Source: Felis catus (taxonomy: Eukaryota). Taken from it: DNA of 64,000 nt. Positions 51,031 to 62,705 of the stretch are shown one piece after another. Under the pieces are notes generated by a model. That model was not told where the DNA came from and searched no databases. It saw only the letters and a program-made list of their open reading frames with translations. Every line of letters begins with the position of its first letter. The stretch's first letter is position 1. Made by a program: the position numbers and the translations under genes. Where the stretch lies: contig NC_058368.1 of the NCBI RefSeq assembly GCF_018350175.1, positions 159,156,001 through 159,220,000 of the forward strand. Reading direction: 5' to 3'.

Positions 51031-52653
51031 TTTAATAGCATATTTTTCCCCTTTAAGTTTTGCTACTACTTTTCCCTGGATTATTACATTCAGATTATCA
51101 GGTAGTTAGGATTATATAAAATGGAAAATGAATGATGGTTTGAAGGATTTCTTGTAAGAAGAGTTTGGACTTGGACTTTAGTGTATTATCTTTATGTCTT
51201 TGAACTCCTTTATGGGTTCCCAGAAGGTTGTTGGAGAGTGCCTTCTATAGATATATGGTATTGGTATACTACACAGTAATTTCAAGGTTTTTTTTTTTTC
51301 TTGGTAGACATAAACATCATTTTGAAAGAGCCTGCCTGAGATTCTCAGAACACCAGGGCAAAGCAATAAATGTTTACCAAGGAATTATGTCTCTTGGAAG
51401 ATAGAACAAAACTTGAAACCTTTGGGATATTCTCATCTTTTCTGATCATATACTCTCTGACCTTGCTCAATACATTTGATGGCTCTGTGTTACAGTTTCC
51501 CAATATTTGAATGGAAATAATTATCTTTTCCATCTAAGTTGAGATATATTTGTAAAATACATGGAACTTGCCAACAGGAAATCACTACATGCACGACAAT
51601 TTATTGTTAGTTTTATGGCCAATTCAAATCCCAAAGGAATTGAAGTCATTGCCATTTGAAGGTTGTCCAGTTCATTTTTTAGACAGATGACTGATCCAAT
51701 ACAACAATCACACACAGTCCCTGAACAATTACACTCAAACTCTGCCTTGGCTATCACAGAAGAAAATTATGATTGTTAAATCTATGTGGCTATAAAAGTG
51801 ACCTGCCTTTCTTCCCTAAGCAGTTTGGAACTGTGAGAATGTGTGGGGATGAGAGGATTGGTGAGAAGTTAGCACTGTTCTTTTAAATATTGTTTCAATA
51901 TTAAAGTGAGAAAATTGAAAACTGCTTAGATTTTTAAAAGGTATTTATGAGAAATATTTTCATTTAATTCAAAATATGCTATGTATGATGAGTTAGATGA
52001 GATTCAGTAGCATGAATTTGCAAAAATTATTGACATTTAGCAAGATGAAGTTAAGCTAGATAAAGAAGTTGACATAACAAGTGGGTCTTGAAAAAATGAA
52101 GAGGATTTCCCCAGTAGAGATAAGGGGGAGAAGAATGCTTTCCTCATGAAAAATGAAAGTGATTCAGCACATTCACAAGGAAATACGGTGGTTACATTTG
52201 AGGAGAGCTGAGTACTTTGATTTTACTAGAGCACACAGGAAGCAAAGAAACCAGACAAATAAGAAAAAGAGACAGGGTAGCCATATTGGAAATACCTATC
52301 TAACATTCTTAGAATTTGAACTTTATGTCCTACATTAGGAGCCTAGAATTGGGACAATCTGATCTTTGCTTTAAAAAAAAGATGTTTTCAGTAGTGTCTA
52401 TGTAGAGACACCACTATTTAATATTTGCCTTCAAATTAACCATACGTAGACACAAATAAGAGCAGTTGAAAAAACTTAGAAACATTTCATTCTATTTTTT
52501 ATTAAGATATAAATCACATGCCATAAAATCCACTTTTGAAGTGTACAGTTTAGTGGTGGTGTTCTTCATAGACTGCACAACCATCACTGCTGTCTAATTT
52601 TATAAAAGCATCCTCACAAGATACTCCATACCCAATGACAGTCACTCCTTCTT

Positions 52654-52695
52654 CATCCATCCATCCATCCATCCATCCATCCATCCATCCATCCA
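52654..52695. repeat. (ATCC)n tetranucleotide microsatellite
   Basis: About 10 perfect units. Confidence 0.95.
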
Positions 52696-53371
52696 TTACA
52701 CAGTATCACTACTACTAATATTAGTTAATGGTAGAAACTACCAATCTGCCTTCTGTATCTATGGATATGTCTACTGTGGATTTTTCACATGGTTGGAAAT
52801 AATTATATACAATTTTCTGACTGGTTACTTTCACTTGCTATGTTTGTAGTTTCATCCATGTTGTGGCATATAACAGTGCATCATTCTGTTTTATTACCAA
52901 AAAAATCCATAGTTTGGGTATACCACACTTGTTTATGCATTCATCTGTTGATGGACTTTGGGGTTATTTCATTTTTTGGCTATTATAAATAATGGTGCTA
53001 TGAATAGTCATGTGTAAATTTTGCTTAGACCTATATTTTCAATTGTCTTCAGCATATACCTCAGAGTGGGTTTATAGGATAACTCAATTTTTAACATTTT
53101 GAGTAACTGCCAAACTGTCTTCCAAACTGGCTGCACTATTTGACAATTCCACCAGCAATGTATGATGGTTCCAATTTTTCCACATTGCCTATAACACGTG
53201 GTATTGTCTGTCTTTTTTATTTTAGCCATTAAGTGTGAAGTCATTTAGCTCATTGGGTTTTTTATTTGTATTTCCCTAATGAGCAATGATGTTGGTTGAA
53301 CATCTTTTCATGTGTTTGTTAGTCATTTATATTTCTACTTTGGAGAAATGTCTATTCAAATCCTTTTCCCA

Positions 53372-53602
53372 GGGGTGCCTGGGTGGCTCAGTTGGTTAAG
53401 CGTCTGACTCTTGATTTTGGCTCAGTTCAAGATCTGGCAATTGTGACCAAGCCCCTCAGGGGGTTGCATGCTAAGCATGGAGACTGCTTGTTTTTTTGTT
53501 TTTTTTCTCTCTCTCTCTCCCTCCATCCCTCTCTCTCTCATTCTGCCCTACCCTCTTTCTTTCTCTCTTTAAAAATAAATGAATAAATACTTTAAAAAAA
53601 GG
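53372..53602 (+). mobile_element. CAN-SINE inserted in the old L1
   Basis: Perfect TSD caaatccttttccca at 53357-53371 and 53603-53617. Confidence 0.92.
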
Positions 53603-53791
53603 CAAATCCTTTTCCCATTTGGTTATCTTTTTATCACCAAATTGTAAAAGTTCTTAATATATTCTGGTAAGTCCCTTTACAGATATCTCAGATATATGAT
53701 ATCTGATGAAAAATTTGATATATTTTCTCCTAACTCTGAGGTTGCCTTTCTCTTGATGGTTTCCTTTGACCACAATTTTAAAACTTTTGAT

Positions 53792-54004
53792 GGGGCGCCT
53801 GGGTGGCGCAGTCAGTTGAGCGTCCGACTTCAGCCAGGTCACTATCTCGCGGTCCGTGAGTTCGAGCCCCGCGTCAGGCTCTGGGCTGATGGCTCAGAGC
53901 CTGGAGCCTGTTTCAGATTCTGTGTCTCCCTCTCTCTCTGCCCCTCCCCCGTTCATGCTCTGTCTCTCTCTGTCCCCCAAAAAATAAATAAAACGTTGAA
54001 AAAA
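53792..54004 (+). mobile_element. CAN-SINE (SINEC_Fc-like), young
   Basis: ggggcgcctgggtggcgcagtc head; TSD aaaactttt(g/c)at. Confidence 0.96.
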
Positions 54005-54312
54005 AAAACTTTTCATCAAATTCATTTTATGTTTTATGTTTGTTTGTTTGTTTATGGTACTTTTGGTATCATCTGAAAATCCCATTGCCAAATCTAAGGT
54101 CATAAAAATTTATCCTTATGTTTTCTTATTAGAGTTTGATATTGTTAGCTCTTGTAGGTAGATCTTCAATCCATTTTCAATTAGTTTTTTTTTTTGTATA
54201 TGGTATGAGATAGGGTCCAAAATAATTATGTTGCATGTGATATCCAGTTTTCCAGCACCATGTGTTTAAAGACTCCTCTTTTCCCCTTGAATTGTCTTGG
54301 CATCCTAGTCAA

Positions 54313-54496
54313 AGAGAGAGGGAGACACAGAAAGAGAGGGAGACACAGAAAGAGAGAGGGAGACACAGAATCTGAAACAGGCTCCAGGCTCTGAGCTGTC
54401 AGCACAGAGCCTGACGCGGGGCTCGAACTCACGGACCGTGAGATCGTGACCTGGCTGAAGTCGGACGCTTAACCGACTGCGCCACCCAGGCGCCCC
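54313..54496 (-). mobile_element. Young CAN-SINE lacking its tail, with a triplicated segment
   Basis: Antisense body ending gccacccaggcgcccc; agagagggagacacagaa x3; no A tail or TSD. Confidence 0.92.
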
Positions 54497-55168
54497 TAAG
54501 TATCATATTTTTTGATGTGATTATAAAGTGATTTGTTTCCTTAATTTCATATTTAGATTGTTCATTAGCTAGTTTGTAAAAATGCAATCACTTTTGTAGG
54601 TTAATCTTGTATCCTACCTCCTTGAGGAACTCATTTAACAGTTTTAACAATTTTTCTTCTGTGGTTTCCTTAGAATTTTCTATATGCAAAATCACATCAC
54701 CTGAAAATAGAGAGAGTTTTACTTGTTCCATTCCAATCTGGGTGACTTTTATTTGATTTTCTTGCCTAATTTCCCTGTCCATAATCTTCAGTAATGTTGA
54801 ATGGAAGTGCCAAGAGCAAAGCTTGTCTTCTATCTAATCTTAGAGGTAAAGGTTTCAGTTTTTCACTACTAATTATATTAACAGTGAGGTTTTTTTGTAG
54901 ATGCCCTTTGTAAGGTTGAGGAGGTTTTGTTTTATTCCCATTTGTTTATTCTTCTCTGTGGATAAAATATTTTAAAATAACTTGGATTTGAACAAAGTTG
55001 ATCACCTAATCATGAATTCTGCACAGATTACTTGTGTAAACAGATTTTATACAAAAGACTCCTATATCAATTTTCGTGGTGTGTGCTCTCTTAAGAATTT
55101 AAGTTCTATTGCTAACATAACCAATTTCTCATTGAATATTTAAATATTTTTATATCTTTGTTCTATTT

Positions 55169-55370
55169 TTTTAATGTTTATTTTTGAGAGAGAGAGAGAG
55201 AGACAAAGCATGAGCAGGGGAGGGGCAGAGACAGAGGGAAACACAGAATCTGAAGCAGGCTACAGGGTCTGAACTGTCAGCACAGAGCCGGACATGGGGC
55301 TCCAACTCACGAACTGTGAGATCATGACCTAAGCCGAAGTCGGATGACAACTCAGACACTCAGGTGCCCC
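55169..55370 (-). mobile_element. CAN-SINE
   Basis: TSD tctttgttctattt at 55155-55168 and 55371-55384. Confidence 0.94.
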
Positions 55371-56606
55371 TCTTTGTTCTATTTACATTCCCTGATTAGC
55401 ATCCTGACAATTAAGTCCATTGTACAAATTTAAGAAAATTTTTCAGAACCCAAACTTGCAAGTGTTCTGATTCTGAGAATATACTATTTTAAGGAATTAA
55501 TACGTATTGGTAAAATATCTTTCAGAAAGATGATACCAACTCACATGTCCACCAACACAATATGAAAATCCCCATGCCTGGTGACCTAGGCTAGGTGTCT
55601 GTATTTTTTTTTAGTTATGACCAATTGTATATGAAAGAAAAGACATTTGACATTTTGCTATTTCTGTTTATTTAAATTAAATCCTGCATTAAGTAATAAT
55701 ACTTTTTCCAGTCTATTTTATCTCTCCTTAAATTACATGTTTTGCTTGTTTAAGTTTGAGGTTCAGTGTCAATAACTTACAATGAGTAATTTATGTTATA
55801 ATTTTCTAAAGTTGGGGCAAAGAAAACCATTTATCAAATAAATTAATTTTTTTAACTTGAGTCCTATTTTAATAGGAAACTTAGAGTGTTTTATTTTACT
55901 ATCAATATTTTTATTTTCTGAGATTCATTGGCTTGCAATTTGGTGATATTAGGGTGTTCTTCTTTTCAAATGTATTTATCTTTGGGCTTTATAATATTTT
56001 ACTTAATAAACAGCACATTATTTATAATTTATTAGATATGAATACTCCAGAAATCGTTTATCTAAAAGGTATGTGAATTGCATAATTGTTTAAGAGCAAT
56101 GATTTTTTTTTGAATAGTAATCTTTCCAGAATGGACATAAAACACATAAATTTTTGGCATAGACTGTATGTATATATCTAAAATGTATTACATAAAGTGA
56201 TATACTGGTTGGTGCTGATATTTTGAATGAATGTATAGTTCATTTGATGAAACAATGTACAGGTAAAATGTGTGAATGTATATGCTTTACTTTATGGGCT
56301 AAATAGAAAAACTATTTCCTCCAATATGTAACCTAAGCTTGTCTTTTAGCAAATTTCAGATTATGAGAAAATCTAACTTCGCTTTTAAGAGTTTGCTCTA
56401 TCATTGCATTTTGGTGAATCTCTTTGTTTATTTTTTAAGACACCCTGACCATATCAGACAGGAAATCGCTCACAATATATATGACTTGAAAGGTGTTGGA
56501 CTTATCACCTCATTTATTCCTATTTAGAATATCTAAAAGATATTGGTTTATCTTTAATTGAACTGCCTCCTAAGTATCTTGTGTCTTTTATAGAATATTG
56601 ATTTTT

Positions 56607-56819
56607 TTAAATGTTAATGTTTATTTATTTTTGAGAGAGAGAGACAGAGTGTGAGCAGGGGAAGAAGGGCAGAGACAGAGGGAGATACAGAATCCGAAGC
56701 AGGCTCTAGGCTCTGAGCTGTCAGCACAGAGTCTGGTGCAGGGCTCCAACTCACTGACTGCCAAATCATGACCTGAGCCGAAGTCGGATGCTTAACTGAC
56801 TGAATCACTCAGGTGCCCC
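56607..56819 (-). mobile_element. CAN-SINE
   Basis: TSD tagaatattgattttt at 56591-56606 and 56820-56835. Confidence 0.95.
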
Positions 56820-57189
56820 TAGAATATTGATTTTTATAATTAACCTCAATCCTAATATTTTCAGCTTAAAGAAAGATAATAGTACTAACATATACATTCT
56901 TTAAGAGACCTTAGCTAATACCACGTTTTGAATGGAACTAAATACTTAAACTAATCAATTAACTTCTCCATTAAATAAGACATTTCATGTCTTTTCAGAA
57001 CAACTTGAATAAGAGATAAGGAAGTGCTTATTAACTATTATGCAGTGTCTTCTAAATTTTAGCTTTAGCTAACCAGTGAAATTTTAAAACAACTATTGGT
57101 GACCAACATTTCAGCCAACTTAATTTTTCAGATAAATTTAATAAACTAAAAGTACACTCAAAACTCACAATCTTTGCATAAAAGGGGGT

Positions 57190-57687
57190 ATTTTTAATTT
57201 TAAATTTATTAAAAATTTTAAAAGAAATTGAGTATAGGTGATACACAATGTTACATTAGTTTCAGGTGTACAACATAGTGATTCAACATTTCTATACATT
57301 ATGCTATACACCACAAATGTAGCTATCAATCACCCTACAACACTATTGCAGTATCACTGACTATCTTCCCTATGCTGTACCTTTATTCTGGTGACTCATC
57401 CATTCCATAACTCAAAGCTTGTATCTCCTATTCCATTTTACCCATTTTGTCTATCTCCCCACCCCTGTTCCTTTTGAAAACAATTAGTTTGTTCCATGTA
57501 TTTATACGTCTGATTCTACTTTTTGTTTGTTTGATTTTTAGATTGCACATATGAGTGAAATCATATGGTATTTGTCTTTGTCAGTTTGACTTATTTCTTT
57601 TAGCACTTTACCCTCTAAACCCATTCATGTTGGTGCAAATGGCAAGATCTCATCATTTTTTATAGCTTTTATAGTTGCTTAATCCTC

Positions 57688-57741
<54 letters not shown>

Positions 57742-58280
57742 ACACCACATCTTTATCCATTCATCTGTTGATGGACACTTAGGTTGCTTCTGTATATTGA
57801 CTATTGTAAATAATACTGCAATAAACATAGGGGTACATATATATTTTCAAATTCATATTTTTGTTTTCTTTGGGTAAATAGTAGTGAAATTACTGGATTA
57901 TATGGTATTTCTATTTTTAATTTTTTGAGGAAACTTCATACTATTTTCCACAGTGGCTATCCAATTTACTTTCCCACCAACAGTGTAGCACCAGTTACTT
58001 TTTCTCCACATCTTCATGAATACTTGTTATTTCTTGTATTTTTGATTTTGGCCATTCTGACAAGTGGAAGCTAATATCTCATCGTGGTTTTGATTTTTAT
58101 TTCCCTGATCAGGAGGGATGTTGAGCATCTTTTCACGTGTCTTTTGGCCATCTGTATGTTTTGTTTGGAAAAAGGTCAGTTCAGATCCTCTATTTTTTTT
58201 TAAACTGGAATTTTTTGCTGTTGAATTATGTAAGTTCTTTAGATATTCTGAATATTATTCTTATATACTGTATCAAATAT
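57190..58280 (-). mobile_element. Older L1 3' fragment with internal (GT)n
   Basis: acattagtttcaggtgtacaacatagtgattc 3' end; homology to about 7240-7930 of the young L1. Confidence 0.9.
57690..57737. repeat. (GT)24 microsatellite
   Basis: Perfect dinucleotide run. Confidence 0.98.
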
Positions 58281-58468
58281 ATTTATTATTCTGCAATGCC
58301 TTAAAATATCCCAATTATCAATAGAATTGAAAGCCAAACCAAAGGTACGTTAAGAGTATTGATAAGTAAAGCTTTTCAAACAAACCAGATATGAATAATG
58401 TAACACCATTTTTTTTTTTGGAGCAACAGGAACTTTTCTGATTTATTGGGAATATAAAGTGATAGTTA

Positions 58469-58867
58469 TTTTTTCTTTTTTTAATTTAAATTTTAGTTAC
58501 TAAACAGTGCAATGTTGGTTTCAAGAGGAGAATTCAATGATTTATCACTGACAATACCTAATGCTCATCACAAGTGCCCTCTCTAATACCCATCATCCCT
58601 CTAGCCCATCTCCTATACATCATTCTCCATCAATCCTCAGTTTGTTCTATCATTGAGAGTCTCTTGTGGCTTGTTTCCCTCTCTCCTCTCCCTCCCCTTT
58701 CCCATATGTTTATCTGTTTTGTTTCTTAAATTCCACATATGAGTGAAATCGTATGGTGTTTGTCTTTCTCTGATTGGCTTATTTCACTTAACCTAATACA
58801 TTCTAGCTCCATCCATGTCATTGCACATGGCAAGATTTTATTCCTTTTTATGGTTGAGTAATATTAC

Positions 58868-58919
<52 letters not shown>

Positions 58920-59353
58920 ACATATTTTCTTTATCCATTCATCTGTCCATGGACATTTGGGCTCTCTCCATAATTTGGTTATTGTTGATAATGCTGCTAT
59001 AAAAATCAGGGTGCATGTACCCATTTGAATCTGTAGTTTTGTATCCTTTGGGTAATATATACTTTGGATATTATCTCCCTTTATCATACATCATTTACAA
59101 ATATCTTCTATTCAGTGGGTTGTCTTTTTGCTTTATTGATTGTTTCCTTCACTGTGCAAATACTTTTTATTTTAATTTAGTCACACTGGTTTATTTTTGC
59201 TTTTGTTTCCTTTGCATTAGGAAACATATCTAGAAAAATGTTTCTACAGCCAGTGTCAAAGAAATTACTGCCTATGTTCTCTTCTAGGGTTTTTATGGTT
59301 TCAGGCATCACATTTAGGTCTTTAATCCATTTTCAGTTTATTTTTGTGTGTGG
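58469..59353 (-). mobile_element. Carnivore L1 3' fragment with an internal deletion and (TG)n
   Basis: tgctcatcacaagtgccctc 3' UTR; ORF2 remnant [33 protein letters not shown]. Confidence 0.9.
58870..58917. repeat. (TG)24 microsatellite
   Basis: Perfect dinucleotide run. Confidence 0.98.
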
Positions 59354-60251
59354 TAATAATGGGTATTTTACATCAAAAAAGTAAGATGTACATGATTTAA
59401 TTTAAAGCACAGTCCTCTAAACTTAAATATTTAAGGAATGATCATTATGCTGTGTTAAATTTCTTCATTTGTACCATTCTACAAACCAGACTGTAGAAAT
59501 GACTAGCTACCATCTTTTGAAAAACTTGAATTAGAAAGTTAGAAAAGTGATGTTACTTGGGGAAGTGGGAATAGTCTTGATTAGATAATGAAATAAAGTC
59601 TATTCTATTAATGAGCCTTTCAAAAAAGTAAGTCTGCATTACTTTAAATCTGAAATACTGAGGTACTTGTTTAGATCATAGCATCCATGAATGTTAATTT
59701 ATCACTCCATGGGTAACCCACATCATTAGTTTTAAGAACTATTTCATTTGCACTATATCCTGTGTTAATACCCACTTCTCCTGACTTGAGTGACCATAGC
59801 GACATATTAAGTCTAGAAAAGCTTATGACCCAAATGTCTTATATAGCACAAATTAATAAAACAGAAGCATGGAAGCATGTAATATTAAATTACAAAATTG
59901 GATGTGGAAACTACATCTCTCTTTGCCTAGAAAATCTCTGTCTTTGGAGTTATTTCAGCTACCCACAGTGTGTGAAAATCTTGTATCTTGGTTTATCTTC
60001 TTTGCTGGCCTCTCATATTGAATTATTAGGACATTTCATTCAGAGAAGCTTCTGGAACTTAGAACTCTTGCTGGAAATAGGGTGATCTATAGTCTATGTT
60101 ATTTGAAATTGACCACTCAAAGTCATTGACAATGGAAGCAGAGAATTTAAAAAATATATTTGGGGGATATATTCATTATTTATTCCTCTTTTCCCCTTCA
60201 TAGAATGCCTGTTATATATCTTTGGGATATTCTCATTTTAAAATGTGTTTT

Positions 60252-60372
60252 GGGGTGCCTGGGCGGCTCAGTTGGGTAAGCATCTGACTCTTGATTTCGG
60301 GTCAAGTCATGTTTCCAGGTTGTGGGATGAAACCCTGCATAAAGCTCCATGCTGAGATTGGAGCCTGCTAAG
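60252..60372 (+). mobile_element. CAN-SINE, 5' half only
   Basis: ggggtgcctgggcggctcagttgggtaagc...gagcctgctaaga, then AT-rich sequence. Confidence 0.85.
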
Positions 60373-60429
60373 ATATAACATATCTAAAATATAAATATGT
60401 ATTTATAAGTATTATATATTATAAAATAA

Positions 60430-61020
60430 TAAATAATAATTACATATTTTTACATTTTGATTATTAACCCCTTATCAGATACATTATTTATAACCAGTAT
60501 TTTTAATTCTATCACCATTTATTAGTTTTGTTGATTTAATTTTATGTAAAAACAGGATCATAAAATAATATTATCTATTGTGTGGCTTATTCACTCAATA
60601 TTATTTCTTTTACATTCATCCATATTGTACATGACATTAGTTGGTATTTGCCATCACTCTATAGGATTCTATTGAACAAATACATTATGCAGGTTATTTT
60701 TGTTTGTTTCACCATTGGATTGTTTCTAGTTGAGTACTATAATTGATAATGTCACTATGAACACTTTTGTACGTGTCTGTCTGTGCATGTATTTCTGTAT
60801 ATTTATCTGGTTTAATATTTCCTACTATTAGAATTGCTACTCCATTGCTTATATCTGTGTCTAGATAGATATTGCCAAATAATCTTCAAAATCAGTTTTC
60901 ATTTTATATTCCCAGAGAATTCCAGTAACTTAGTGTTCTTAGCAATACTCGTCTTGGCAGTTTTTAAGATTTTAACTTAAAATCTGTCCTAATGAATGTA
61001 TATGGGTTCTTTGAGATTTT
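60430..61020 (-). mobile_element. Decayed L1 (L1ME-like) fragments
   Basis: tgtggcttattcactcaata...attcatccatattg...ctatgaacac...agaattgct...attgccaaat. Confidence 0.5.
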
Positions 61021-61497
61021 AACTTTCTGTGGGCACTTGGGAACATGTTCAACAACTATGAATTTCAGTCAAGTGACCTAAAAATTCAACCATTTCAAAA
61101 TATGCATTCTTGAACTTTCAGATTTATAATATGATTGATCATTTTAAAACATTTTGTATGCATTAGAACTAACCTATTTTAAGTGTCTTTGAAGTAACTA
61201 TAGGATAACATTCCCCTTTGTCTGGCATTTAGGAATCTCTACGATCTGGTCACTCTATTTTTTCCTGTGTCATACAATCCATGATGTCTCAATAGTTTAC
61301 GATACCAAAATGAGGTAATACTGATAGAGCTAAAGTTTGTCAGGTCAAATGTTCCTTCCTACAGCTACCCAAAATAAGCCCTTAGGCTTCTTCTGAGATT
61401 CCCTTCCTCATATAGAAAACCTCAAGGTTTTTGTTTTGTTTTGTTTTGTTTTTTTCTGAGTAGGGCATGATATCACATATAATAAAAAGCCATTATT

Positions 61498-61711
61498 GGG
61501 GCGCCTGGGTGGCGCAGTCGGTTAAGCGTCCGACTTCAGCCAGGTCACGATCTCGCGGTCCGTGAGTTGGAGCCCCGCGTCAGGCTCTGGGCTGATGGCT
61601 CAGAGCCTGGAGCTTGTTTCGGATTCTGTGTCTCCCTCTCTCTCTGCCCATCCCCTGTTCATGCTCTGTCTCTCTCTGTCCCAAAAATAAATAAACGTTG
61701 AAAAAAATTTA
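61498..61711 (+). mobile_element. CAN-SINE (SINEC_Fc-like), very young
   Basis: Near-identical to the copy at 27000; perfect TSD aaaaagccattatt at 61484-61497 and 61712-61725. Confidence 0.97.
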
Positions 61712-62482
61712 AAAAAGCCATTATTAAGAGCCTGAGTTTGTATATATCAGCTCTACTAAAATCCCTGCTTCCCTCACTTAATTATGATGTGAATTATGCA
61801 TATGTATTCTTATATTATTTCTCCTATATGATGGATGGGATAATTAAAGTAATATAGGCAGCATCTCATTGTGTTTTTGGTATATAATAACTATACAATA
61901 TCTTTAGTTGCATCTTCTTATACTTCAAAGTGGAGTACAAGCCATTTATTTTCCATTAACCCTTTTCTGTACACTTAGATTTTCTATACTTATTTAAAAT
62001 GATATTTTCTTTAATTTCTTCTTTGATAAAAATTGTTTATGTAGATATGTATTTATATATATTTCTATAGATTTCTTGGATATATTATACATAATATATA
62101 TCTAATATATATATTCCTTATATTTAGTTTCCAAAGCCCTTTTATTCTTATCATGTTACTTTTCATAACATTGTAGCATCCTAGGTTTGTGTTACAGATG
62201 CAGAATTATAATAGCTTCTCTAAGAGTATTATTTATAGATTTTTAATAAAAAATGCCTTACAATCTTTGTGTTATATATTTTCTTATAGCTTTGTTTTTC
62301 CATTTATGTACTGTGTTTCTGTTCTCTGTATTTCCAATTAGAGGTCCTGTTCAAATGTCTGATCATCATGAGCTATCCACTCATTTTTAAGAATGAGACA
62401 TAGGAAAGCACATTGGTCAATCTGTGTGCATGTATAGGGCTTGTTGATTAGTGGATTTAATTGAAAAGTGTTTTCAAAAGCT

Positions 62483-62705
62483 GGGATGCTTGGGTAGCTC
62501 AGTTGGTTAAGTGACTGACTTTGGCTCAGGTCATGATCTCATGGCTCATGGGTTCCAGCCCCGCATCAGGCTCTGTGCTGAACACTTGCTTGGAGCCTGC
62601 TTTGGATTCTGTGTCTCCTTCTCTCTCTGTCCCTCTCCCGCTTGTGCTCTGTCACACTTTGTCTCTTAAAAATAAATAAATGTAAAACAAAAATTAAAAA
62701 AAAAG
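62483..62705 (+). mobile_element. CAN-SINE
   Basis: SINE head and A tail; TSD gaaaagtgttttca at 62463-62476 and 62706-62719. Confidence 0.93.

Larger units (their letters stand above)
52495..54945 (-). mobile_element. Old L1 (L1M-type) 3' fragment interrupted by three SINEs and an (ATCC)n repeat
   Basis: Decayed ORF2 translations HCWWNCQIVQPVWKTVWQLL and VKLSLFSGDVILHIEN...GYKINLQK; L1 3' UTR start. Confidence 0.88.

Noticed and set aside
54313..54370. Short direct-repeat arrays considered as CRISPR-like
   Set aside because: Eukaryotic DNA, no spacers and no cas genes; these are slippage duplications of SINE sequence
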